A stretch of 64,000 nt of DNA from Eledone cirrhosa (taxonomy: Eukaryota): assembly GCA_964016885.1 (NCBI GenBank), contig OZ024744.1, forward strand, positions 38,564,001-38,628,000, written 5' to 3'. Below, piece after piece: positions 53,939-64,000 of the stretch. The position numbers and the translations under genes are program-made. How positions within the stretch are numbered: the first letter of the stretch is position 1; each line of letters starts with the position of its first letter. The notes under the pieces were generated by a model. That model was not told where the DNA came from. It saw only the letters and a program-made list of their open reading frames with translations, and did no database searches.

Positions 53939-56900
53939 TCGGAGAATATAGACATGATTTTGCTTCGCTCCTGAAGTTTGTTGGATATTTGTTACGAACA
54001 ACTGTAAGTTTGTTAATTAATTTGTTATTTGTTTAATTTAACCCCTCGTCTGGGCTTGAGAACGGTTGGTTAACAAACTTTCGCCCCTTTTAGGAGTGAA
54101 ATTTATAATTTGTTATTTTGAAAAGTCGTTTGACTAGAGTAATGGACGCCATTACTACGTCGCTTACGAACGAAAATGCCACACCCACCAAGAAAAGTGA
54201 TAGAGAGAAGGTAGGAGCACAACGCTCTAAGCCTTCCCTCCTCACTCTCTCTAAAGATATTATGGAAACGAATTTACCTAAAAAATTTGTGAAAATGGGT
54301 GCAAACCCAAACAGTTACAATAACACAAACAAGAACAACAATGACAACAACACCACAACCAGCAACAGCAATAACGACAACACCAACAAAGAAAAAAGTG
54401 AAGACAACAGGAAAAACAACAACAACAATGATAACAATATCAAAGTAAACGGACCCACAGCCGGAGTCTCTTTTGCACAGGCCGTCCGAGAGACTTACAC
54501 ATTATTGGACATATCAAATGCAAAAAACTTGCTAAAGGAAGCAAGAAAGTATGTAACTCTCGGGGAAGGTGGCGAATTTTCAATTACCTCCCCCCCCAAG
54601 AAATTCGAAGGGATACAGTACTAAGGACTATAACCTTCAGGACAATTTCGAACACTACTAGGAAACCGGCTCAATTATCTCAAACCGAAATTGAGCTGGT
54701 CCTAAGAAATGCGATGGAAGATATTTCTTTCATTCAGAAAGGAAGACTATACGGAAGTCTGTCAATTTTAATGAAAGACCAATTGACGACACAGAAATAT
54801 TGTGTGTCGCCAATTGTGTCCAAGCAATACACCTTTTTCCCCACATACTTGGGGAAACGCACACAAAAAATAAGAATCTCGAGCACCCGGCCAAATGCGA
54901 GCATTTGGTGGGTGATCACTGGATTCCTAGAAGGCAAATCCACCAGGGACGTATTCGGCAGTAATAGCGTTGAAGTTCTGGTCCAAATGAGACCAGAACG
55001 GATAGCTAAAATACCACAGCGTGTGTCCCTGGATGGAGTTGCCTTCATAAACATTTCTGTTGAGGGTAGGCGGCCTTCATGCTGCCACTTTTCAAGCAGT
55101 GGTCAGCTGAGGGCGTCCTGTCCTCAGTTGAATGCTCTGAAAAAAGGGGCACTATTTCCCACACCTAGAACAGTAGCACAACCACCACCACCACCACAAC
55201 AACAACAACAACAACACGAAAAAATAACAACACAAAATGTACCCCTCCCCAACAACACGACCATCACAACGGACGAGGCCCCATCATCACCCAGTGACGA
55301 TGAGGGGGAGCATTTCCGTCCGATAAAAAGAAAAAAGAAGAGACACCACACAGACAAAAATACAATAAACACACAACCACTAACACAAACAACACAAACA
55401 TCCCAGACAAAAAAAACCCTCCCGAAAACAAAGCAACAACACTCCAAACACCTAAAACAAAGCGAAAACATACACAAGAAACAGACAAAAACTAACACTA
55501 CACATGCATAAACTCAAACAATAAAACACTAATGAAGGCCATCGCCAAAAACCCTTCGGTGGAAACCGAGGGGAAACAATTCACAGAATATTCAAATAGA
55601 CCAAACTTAATGATGATCAGGGTCCCAACGGACACTGACAAATCGCTAAAAGAAAATTGTAAGGAGGACGTAGGGAACACCTGTATTAAACCTATGAACC
55701 TTATCCTTTTAAATTAAAATGTTTCACCACCTCCACCCCAGACACCCCCACTCCACCAGACATCGACGTTCCCACCCCGCCAGAAACCACCATCCTACCA
55801 AACAACCCCTCCAACACCCCATGGAAATTGTGCAGCCAGGTCCCCAGCAGACGAGGAGGTAGGTGTTTTCTTTCTTCTACTTTTAACTCTTCACCACCAA
55901 CATGGCTGATATAAGAGTTGGGTGCGTACATGTACGCGGCCTGGGGATGCCCTGGAAACAGGGCAAACTCTTAAATGACCTCAGGTCGCACAGTATAGAA
56001 GTAGTAGCCATTAGCGAGTCCAGGATCCACAGCAAGCGACAACTGACCCCCATCTTCGACGACTTTGAGATCTACGCATCTCTCTGTCAGCCGGAGGTGG
56101 AGGTGGAGTTGCCGTTTTGCTGCGGAAATACCTGGGCCTCGCAATACAGAAGGTACACTTGGACCCGGAGGGTCGAGTGGTGGTCCTAGACGTCGACAGT
56201 AGTGAAGGTGGAGCCTTCAGGCTGGTGGCCGCATATTCCCCATCCGGGACACCGCGGCCGGACTTCTTCAAACATCTAGAGACTTTTAGTGGGGGACTGG
56301 AATGGAATCCTAGATGCACGTTGGGACTATATAGGGCCATGTCCCGATAGAGGGGGGTGTAACAGCTTCAAACAGTTAATCGGCCGATTTGAACTGGCCG
56401 ATAGATACCGACTAGATTTTCCGACTGTGCCACTGTGGACGTGGACCAAATGTGCGAAACATCTAGATCGTGCCTAGATAGGTTTCTAGTTAGAAATAAG
56501 GATAGGGACATGTTAAAGCTGTCCACAAATGTTCATGGTTGACTATTCAGATCACAAATTAGTAACCTGCTTAATCAACCTTGATAGAATCCATAGAAAG
56601 GAACCCGACTACTGGAAGCTGAACTTGTCGTTACCAACAACCAAAGCGTACATTAGTCGAATTAGCACATTAGTTAAGCAACAGTTGACGGGGGAAATAG
56701 TCAACAACAGGTGGTGAGGCTCTCTCAACAGAGCAATTAGATTAGAATCAATAGGATTTAGCAAGGAAGTAGCGCTAGATAGAGTTAAAACGGAAAAAGA
56801 ATTAGTAGATAGAGTAGAAGAGGCGCTTACGAGTGGCAACGTGACCAGCGTGCTGGCGTCAAGAACGGCGTTAGACCTGTTCTTTGACGCGAAGCACGAG

Positions 56901-59121
56901 GGCTGCGTTGTCAGGAATAAAACACGTGCTCTAGGAAAAGAGGGAGCCAAAGCTGTTAGCTGGGCCCGAGTGACAGAGGCAAAAAGTGGAAACAAGTCCA
57001 CGATTCGGTCTTTGAAGGACCAGGATGGATGTGTGATCTTTGAACCGGAGCGGATGTGCGCGGTATTTCAGCGGCACTTTGCACGACTGTTCGGGAAGGG
57101 CGGCGCGCCAGGAGAGACTATGGATTTCGGTCCATACCTCGACGGTCTGCCGCGACTCTCGGACGGGGTGGCGAAGTCCTGCGAAGGGCCGATTTCAGCC
57201 GCTGAAATAGGGGACGCGCTGAGCCAATGCGGCAAACGTGAATCTCCGGGTCTTGATGGTCTACCATACGAACTTTACGTAGCTATATCGTGCTTGTTCT
57301 CCGATCTCCTCAAGGCGGTCTACTGCAACTGGCAACAGAACGAGAGAATTCCCAGCTCTGCGACCAAGGGTGTAGTCACGCTAGTGAGGAAGGACGAAAA
57401 CAAGGGGGACCACATAGGAAACTTCAGGCCCATAACTCTGCTAAATGCAGAGTCAAAGATTTTGGCCAAGGTGTTAGCGAAGAGGTTGGCGCTTGTCGTC
57501 GGGAACCTGGTGGGAGAAGCGCAGACATGCGCAATCCCGTCCAGGTTCATACACGACAACCTCCACCTCATGCGATACATCGTAAAGAGAGTAGGGAGTG
57601 AACCCGGCTTCGGTGGGGCCCTGATCAACTTGATTCAATCTAAGGCGTTCAGTAGGGTCGACCATCGTTACCTGGATGCGGTGTACGCTGCAGCAGGCTT
57701 CGAACCGGTTTTCAGGAGCTGGATTGCTGCTATGCACAGCTACAACATCTGCTCAAGGGTCAAAGTGAACGGCTACCTCTCGGAGCGGTTCCAAATCACA
57801 CGATCCATCTGACAGGGATGCCCTCTATCCTCCCTTCTGTATGTACTGGCTCTTGAGCCACTACTGTGGAAGTTGGAGCTGTTGCAGGGCATCCCTTTAG
57901 TACCGGCATTGCGGAAAGCGGTGTCGGCCTACGCCGAAGACGTGACAGTAATGGTGTCGAGCGCCTCGCAAATCGGGGAGATCGGCACCTTACTGGAGGA
58001 ATACGAAAGGTTTACCGGAGCGAAGCTGAACCGGGACGATGCGCAAACACGCGCTCAGGTTGCGGCACGTCCACGTATTCCTCACCGGACAACCGGTGTT
58101 GGCCCCGTTCGTGAGGCGAGCCTTCCCACGACTCGTCTCGCTGACCGAGCTGCAATCCTGGGTCAAGCAAAGACTGAGAAAAGTGGACGACTGGCACATT
58201 GAATGTGCCCAGGAGCTCACGGCCCTCTGACAAGCGGACCCGACAATCAGTGGAGACTCCACCTCGACATTTTATAGAGGGTTGGTTCACAGCAAGTGCA
58301 ACGACGCTCTCGGAGAAACTCTGGGCATGGAGGAGGACGAACTAGCCAGTCTGTTCGGTAGGACGTTCGGCCCGGGACCGATAGACAACTTCCAAAAGTA
58401 CCTGGCTTGGCAGTGCTACCGAGGAGCTGCATCCGTTCTGGACAAGCTCTACTGACACGGGCGTGCGGGCAGGGACCCTTCGAAAAAGATCTGTCCGAGA
58501 TGCATGCGCGATGAGGAAACCATCGCACACGCATTCGTACACTTCCCGGGCGTTACCGACCTGTGGGACTATGTAGAACGACTATCGTCACGGGTGGGAC
58601 CAATCCGGTTGACCACCGAGTCCATTGTCACGATCAAACCGCCACCCCTCTTCCAAAACGAAGGAGAGGCGGTCTTCCTCTGTGTTATGGCTATGGCAAA
58701 AGAGGTTATATGGTGGACGAGATTGAAAGGGCTGAGGTCAGACAACTTTCTCTCCGGTCAACAACTGATTCTTTTTTTCAAATATCATTTTGGAAGAAGA
58801 ATCAGGATGGAGAGAGAGGTGCTGTACCCCAGCAAGTTTTACGAAAGGTGGGTGAATGTGGCAAAGATGGCCATAGTGGTTGGGCCTTTTCTTTATATAA
58901 GCCTGTAGGACGAGGAAGAAGAGGAAGAGAGGAGAGGAGTGTTCGCCCTTCGTGCTACTGGAGATGAGGGTTGTACATTTTATTTCGGGGTGTGTGCAAC
59001 CCTATTGGAGATTTTGTTTGTTTTATTGATCATTTTTGTTATACATTTTTACATGCCTTATATGTAAACTCCTCAATTGTATTTGTCCCCATCTTTTCCG
59101 TCCTTGTGGCAAGTAAAGAAA
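53939..59121 (+). mobile_element. Tx1-like copy 6, full-length degenerate
   Basis: ORF1 (54142-55862), APE, RT with a deletion at ~58036, 3' UTR + TCTA. Confidence 0.93.
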
Positions 59122-59151
59122 TATATCTATCTATCTATTTATCTATCTATC

Positions 59152-59362
59152 TGAGGAAAAAGAGGAAGAGAGGAAGGGAGTAGTCACTCTTGGTACTCCT
59201 GGAGATGAGGGTTGTACATTTTTTCGGGGTGTGTACAGCCCCTATTGGGGATTTCAATTGTTATTTGTTATTGTATTAATAGTTTTATTTTCATATACCT
59301 GTATGTAAACTCGCCATTTGTATTTGTCTCCTTCTTTTGTGCCCTTGTGGCTAATAAAGAAA
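59152..59362 (+). mobile_element. Tx1-like copy 7, 3' UTR only
   Basis: Highly similar to 11411-11640; flanked by (TCTA)n. Confidence 0.9.
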
Positions 59363-59653
59363 TTTATCTATCTATCTCTCAATCAATCTCTCTTTCGCTC
59401 TCTATCTATCTATCTCTCAATCAATCTCTCTTTCGCTCTCTATCTATCTATCTCTCAATCAATCTCTCTTTCGCTCTCTATCTATCTATCTCTCAATCAA
59501 TCTCTCTTTCGTTCTCTATCTATCTATCTATCAATCAATCTCTCTCTCGCTCTCTATCTATCTATCTAATCATCCATCTATCTATCTATCTATTTATCTA
59601 TCTCTCAATCAATCTCTCTCTCGCTCTCTATCTATCTATCTATCTAATCATCC

Positions 59654-59709
<56 letters not shown>

Positions 59710-59792
59710 CTCAATCAATCTCTCTTTCGCTCTCTATCTATCTATCTATCAATCAATCTCTCTCTCGCTCTCTATCTATCTATCTAATCATC
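59363..59792. repeat. TCTA-derived minisatellite (~38-bp unit)
   Basis: Repeats of TCTATCTATCTATCTCTCAATCAATCTCTCTTTCGCTC with variants. Confidence 0.9.
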
Positions 59793-62700
59793 ACTGACAC
59801 CAACACAAAAGAGCTCACAACAGCAAACAAAAAACACCACACAAAAACAAAAACATGCATACACATACATAAACACAAGAAACAAAAAACTGTTAAACAT
59901 TGTGTACAACAACAATCTAATAAAAACACAAGGGCCTAACTTCACCCAGGCAAAGAATTTCCCCCACCTCAAAATGATTAAGGCCCCACAGGACACCTAT
60001 AAAACTTTAAAAAACAATTTTAAAGAGGACGTGGGTCCCCCCTGCGTCGGGCCCATTAACCGCGTACTCCTAAAAAACTATCCCACCCCCTCCCCAAACA
60101 CCCACACAACTCCAAGCTCCCCAACCACACAACACACTGATGCCCCCACACTTCCACAAACCACCACCCCACCCAACAACCCATCCCCCACCCTAATGGA
60201 AATTGTGCAGCCCGATACCCGGGACGCAGAGAGGTAAGTGCCTTTTCTCTTCACCACCAACATGGCTATGCTAAGAGTAGGCTGTTTAAATGCGCGTGGC
60301 CTGGGCTCAACTTGGAAGCAAGCAATGCTTCTAAATGACCTCAGGTCACAACGTATAGATGTGATGGTTATTTGCGAGGCCCGGATCAGCAACGTGCGAC
60401 AGCTGGCCCCCACCTTTGATGACTTTGAGATGCACGCATCTCTCTGTCAGCCCGGAGGTGGGGGTGGAGTTGTCGTTCTGCTGCAAAAACATCTGGGTCT
60501 CGCAACACAGATGGTACATTTGGACCCGGAGGGTCGACTAGTGGTTCTGGACCTTGGCAGTGGTAAAGGCGGAGCGTTTAGGTTGGTAGCCGCCTACGGC
60601 CCTTTCGCCAATGCGGCCGGACTTCTTCCATCGTCTGGAGACTTTTCTAGGGACGTCCCGCTCCTTGCTATTAGTGGGGGACTGGAATGGTATCCTAGAT
60701 GCACGCTGGGACTACGTAGGGCCTGCCCCGATAGAGAGGGATGTAATAGCCTCAAAGGGTTAATCGGTCGATTTGACCTGGCCGATAGATATCGACTAGA
60801 TTTTCCGACTGCGCCAACCTGGACTTGGGCAAATCGCAGCGGATCATCTAGGTCGTACCTAGATAGGTTCTTAGTTAGAATTAAGGATAAGGACTTTTTA
60901 AGTTGTCCAAAAATGCGCATGGTTGGCTATTCAGACCACAAATTAGTGACCTGCATGCTCAACCTTGACAGAACTCATAGACAGGGACCCGGTTACTGGA
61001 AGCTCAACTTGTCCTTACCGGCAAGTAAGGCTTACAGGAACCGGATTAGCACTTTAGTTAAGGAGCGGTTGACGGGCGCCATCGTCAACAGCAGGTGGTG
61101 GGGATCTCTCAAAAGAGAGATTAGAGTAGTCTCTATAGAATTTAGTAAGGAGTTAGCCTCAAATAGAAATAGGAAGGAAAGGGAGTTGATAGATAGTGTA
61201 GAAGAGGCAATTAGAAGCGGCGACGTGGCCAGAGTGCTAGCGTCGAGAACGGCCCTGGGCCAGTTCTTCGAGGCGAAACACGAAGGCTGCATCGTCCGAA
61301 GCAAAATACGTGCTCTGGGAAACGAGGGGACCAAAGCTGTTAGCTGGGCCCGCGTGACAGAAGCCAAAAGAGGGAGCAGATCCACTATCCGGTCTTTGCG
61401 AGACCAGGATGGACGGGTGATCCTTGAACCTAAGCAGATGTGCGAGGCTTTTCAAAAGCACTTTGCCAGATTGTTCGGAAGGGGCGGGGGGCCGGTTGGG
61501 GACGTGGACTTCGGTCCATACCTCGACGGCCTGCCGCGTCTCTCGGACAGGGAGGCGAAGTCCTGCGAGGAGCCGATTTCAGCCGCTGAGATAGAGGACG
61601 TGCTGAGCCAATGCGGCAAACGCAAATCCCCGGGTCTCGATGGTCTTCCATACGAACTATATCTAGTTATGCCGGACTTGTTCCCCGAACTCCTTGAGGC
61701 GGTCTACTGCAACTGGCAACAGAACGGGAGAATTCCCTGTGCTGTGACCAAGGGCGTAGTCACGCTAGTGAGGAAGGACGAGAACAAGGGGGACGATACA
61801 AATAATTTCAGGCCCATAACTCTGCTAAATACAGAGTTACAGATTTTGGCCAAGGTGCTAGCAAAGAGGTTGGCGCTTGTCGTGGGCAACCTGGTGGGAG
61901 ATGCGCAGACATGTGCTATCTCGTCCAGGTCCATCCACGATAACCTCCACCTCATGCGATACATCATAGAGAGGGTTGGGAACGAACCCGGCTTTGGTGG
62001 GGCCCTGATCAACTTGGATCAATCTAAGGCATTCGATAGGGTCGACCATCGTTACCTGGATGCGGTGCTAGCGGCGGCAGGCTTCGGACCCGTTTTCAGG
62101 GGCTGGATCAATGCCATGCACAGCAGCCGCATCTGCTCTAGGGTCAAGGTGAACGGCTACCTCTCGGAGCCATTCGAAATCGCGCGGTCCATCCGACAGG
62201 GGTGCCATCTCTCCTCCCTTCTGTATGTAATGACTCTAGAGCCACTGCTGCGGAAGTTGGAGTTGTTGCAGGGCATCCCGTTGGAACCGGGATTGCGGAA
62301 AGCGGTGTCAGCCTACGCCGATGACGTAACAGTAATGGTGTCGACGGCCTCGGAAATCAGGGCGATCGGCACCTTACTGGAGGAGTACGAAAGGTTTACA
62401 GGGGCTAAGCTGAACCGGGACAAGTCGATCGGTTTGCAACTCGGCACGTGGAGGGGCAGATCGATGCCCTCCGATGGCGTCGTCGGGCGCTGGACGGAGG
62501 GCCCGGTGAAGTTGCTCGGGGTCTGGTTCGGACCAAACCTCCAGGTGGAGAAGAACTGGGGTGAGGTGACGAACAGGGTATTTGCACTGACCCAGAAGTG
62601 GGCCGAGTGCAAACTGTCCCTGAAAGGACGGGCGGAGGTGGCGAACACTTATATAGCGTCCGTCATCTACTACCGCCTGACCGTTGTGCCTTGCCCAAGG

Positions 62701-63960
62701 GAAACGCTCGCCAAAATGGAGCGCGCACTCTTCCAATTCCTTTGGAAGAAGCGGGCTCCTTTGGTGAGGAGATCCATCTGCTGTCAACACCCTTCGAAAG
62801 GAGGGCTGGGGATGACGTGGCTAATGATACGTAAACACGCATTAAGGCTACGGCACCTTCAGGTATTCCTCTCCGGTCAACCGGTGTGGGCCCCGTTTGT
62901 GAGGCGAGCCTTTCCCAGACTCGTCTCACTCACCGAGCTGCAATCCTGGGTCAAGCAAAGACCGAGAAAACTGGGCGCCTGGCACACCGAGTGTGCCCAG
63001 GCACTCACGGCTCTCTGGCAGGCGGACCCGGCTGTCAGTGGAGAATCCACCTCGTCATTCTATAGAGGGCTGGTGGTTAGCAGGTGCGACGACGCCCTTG
63101 GAGAAGCCCTAGGCATGGAGGAAGACGAACTGGCCAACCTGTTCGGTAGGACATTCAGTCCGGGACCCATGGATAACTTCCAGAGGTCCCTGGCCTGGCA
63201 ATGCTACAGAAGGGCTCTGCCCGTTCGAGAAAGGCTCTACAGACACGGGCGCCCGGGTAGGGACCCATCGAAAAAGATATGTCCCAGATGCGTGTGCGAC
63301 GAGGAAACCGTTGCACACGCATTGGTACACTGCTCGGGCATTGCCGATCTGTGGGGTTATGTCGAACAACTGCTGTCAAGGGTGGGACCAATCCGGTTGA
63401 CCACCGAGTCTATTGTAACGATCAAGCCGCCTCCCCTCTTCAAAAACGAAGGAGAGGCGGTATTTCTGTGCGTAATAGCCATGGCGAAAGAGGTTGTATG
63501 GTGGACGCGTCTGAAAGGACTGAGGTCAGACACCTTTCTCTCTGGCCAACAACTGGTCCGTTTCTTCCGATATCATTTCGGAAGAAGGATCAGGATGGAG
63601 AGAGAGGTGCTGCACCCCAGCCGTTTCTATGAAAGATGGGTGAAAGTGGCGAGAATGGCCCGTGTGAATGGACCTTCACTCTACATCAGACTATAGGTGA
63701 GGAAGATGAAAGACCAAGGGAGCACCCCTTCTCTGTGCTCCTGAGGAGAAGGGTTGCACACTTTTTTCGGGGGTGTGTGCGACCCCCCAAGGCGCCTCCT
63801 CTCTATTGAGGACTTTGTTATAAATTTTATTTTTTGTTATATTTTATTTTATTTTTATATATTGTTATTGCCTCCTCCTTATTAAGGACGCCTTGTTTTG
63901 TAAACTCCCCCCATTGTACTTGTCCCACTTTTGATGCCCTGGTGGCAAATAAAAGAAACA
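59793..63960 (+). mobile_element. Tx1-like copy 8, truncated in ORF1, open ORF2, ~20-bp TSD
   Basis: TSD TATCTAT[C/G]TATCTAATCATC at 59773-59792 and 63961-63980. Confidence 0.95.
60262..63696 (+). CDS. Tx1-like ORF2: APE endonuclease, reverse transcriptase, CCHC (1144 aa from the Kozak ATG)
   Basis: LNARGL, CE, LDRF, SDH, SPGLDG, FRPITLLN, DQSKAFDRV, YADD, CPRC..H..HC. About 37 aa of EN are out of frame between compensating deletions. Confidence 0.88.
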   Translation: MAMLRVGCLNARGLGSTWKQAMLLNDLRSQRIDVMVICEARISNVRQLAPTFDDFEMHASLCQPGGGGGVVVLLQKHLGLATQMVHLDPEGRLVVLDLGSGKGGAFRLVAAYGPFANAAGLLPSSGDFSRDVPLLAISGGLEWYPRCTLGLRRACPDREGCNSLKGLIGRFDLADRYRLDFPTAPTWTWANRSGSSRSYLDRFLVRIKDKDFLSCPKMRMVGYSDHKLVTCMLNLDRTHRQGPGYWKLNLSLPASKAYRNRISTLVKERLTGAIVNSRWWGSLKREIRVVSIEFSKELASNRNRKERELIDSVEEAIRSGDVARVLASRTALGQFFEAKHEGCIVRSKIRALGNEGTKAVSWARVTEAKRGSRSTIRSLRDQDGRVILEPKQMCEAFQKHFARLFGRGGGPVGDVDFGPYLDGLPRLSDREAKSCEEPISAAEIEDVLSQCGKRKSPGLDGLPYELYLVMPDLFPELLEAVYCNWQQNGRIPCAVTKGVVTLVRKDENKGDDTNNFRPITLLNTELQILAKVLAKRLALVVGNLVGDAQTCAISSRSIHDNLHLMRYIIERVGNEPGFGGALINLDQSKAFDRVDHRYLDAVLAAAGFGPVFRGWINAMHSSRICSRVKVNGYLSEPFEIARSIRQGCHLSSLLYVMTLEPLLRKLELLQGIPLEPGLRKAVSAYADDVTVMVSTASEIRAIGTLLEEYERFTGAKLNRDKSIGLQLGTWRGRSMPSDGVVGRWTEGPVKLLGVWFGPNLQVEKNWGEVTNRVFALTQKWAECKLSLKGRAEVANTYIASVIYYRLTVVPCPRETLAKMERALFQFLWKKRAPLVRRSICCQHPSKGGLGMTWLMIRKHALRLRHLQVFLSGQPVWAPFVRRAFPRLVSLTELQSWVKQRPRKLGAWHTECAQALTALWQADPAVSGESTSSFYRGLVVSRCDDALGEALGMEEDELANLFGRTFSPGPMDNFQRSLAWQCYRRALPVRERLYRHGRPGRDPSKKICPRCVCDEETVAHALVHCSGIADLWGYVEQLLSRVGPIRLTTESIVTIKPPPLFKNEGEAVFLCVIAMAKEVVWWTRLKGLRSDTFLSGQQLVRFFRYHFGRRIRMEREVLHPSRFYERWVKVARMARVNGPSLYIRL

Positions 63961-64000
63961 TATCTATGTATCTAATCATCCATCTATCTATCTATCTATC

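Noticed and set aside
31281-63960. Array as an assembly artefact or segmental duplication; CRISPR-like interpretation of the TCTA spacers
   Set aside because: Copies have different ORF1s, truncations and lesions. There are no fixed repeat-spacer units or cas genes, and the context is eukaryotic.

Overview
AT-rich animal (eukaryotic) DNA made almost entirely of transposable elements and microsatellites. No host protein-coding gene can be supported. The SINEs resemble the octopus OK-type tRNA-SINE as I recall it, so a cephalopod genome is my inference. The left half (1-31 kb) holds decayed Penelope-like elements (several with inverted segments and minimal hammerhead motifs), an RTE LINE and an RTE-derived bipartite element, two R4/Dong-like RLE retrotransposons in (CATA)n, SINEs, MITEs and fold-back palindromes. 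The dominant feature is a Tx1-like (L1 clade) non-LTR family inserted only in (TCTA)n/(GATA)n. One copy sits at 7.4-11.6 kb and seven more form a co-oriented head-to-tail array from 31.3 to 64 kb, one of them interrupted by a complete Gypsy LTR element. Top novel candidate: in all 6 copies that retain the ORF1 end, the ORF1/ORF2 junction is a 5' splice-donor consensus (AG|GTRRGT-like) overlapping the ORF1 stop. In all 7 copies that retain the ORF2 end, the ORF2 stop is a Yn..TAG|G acceptor-like site. This suggests the whole EN/RT ORF2 is a spliceable intron, and a second conserved donor lies in the 5' leader. All coordinates and alignments were made by eye; no searches were run.
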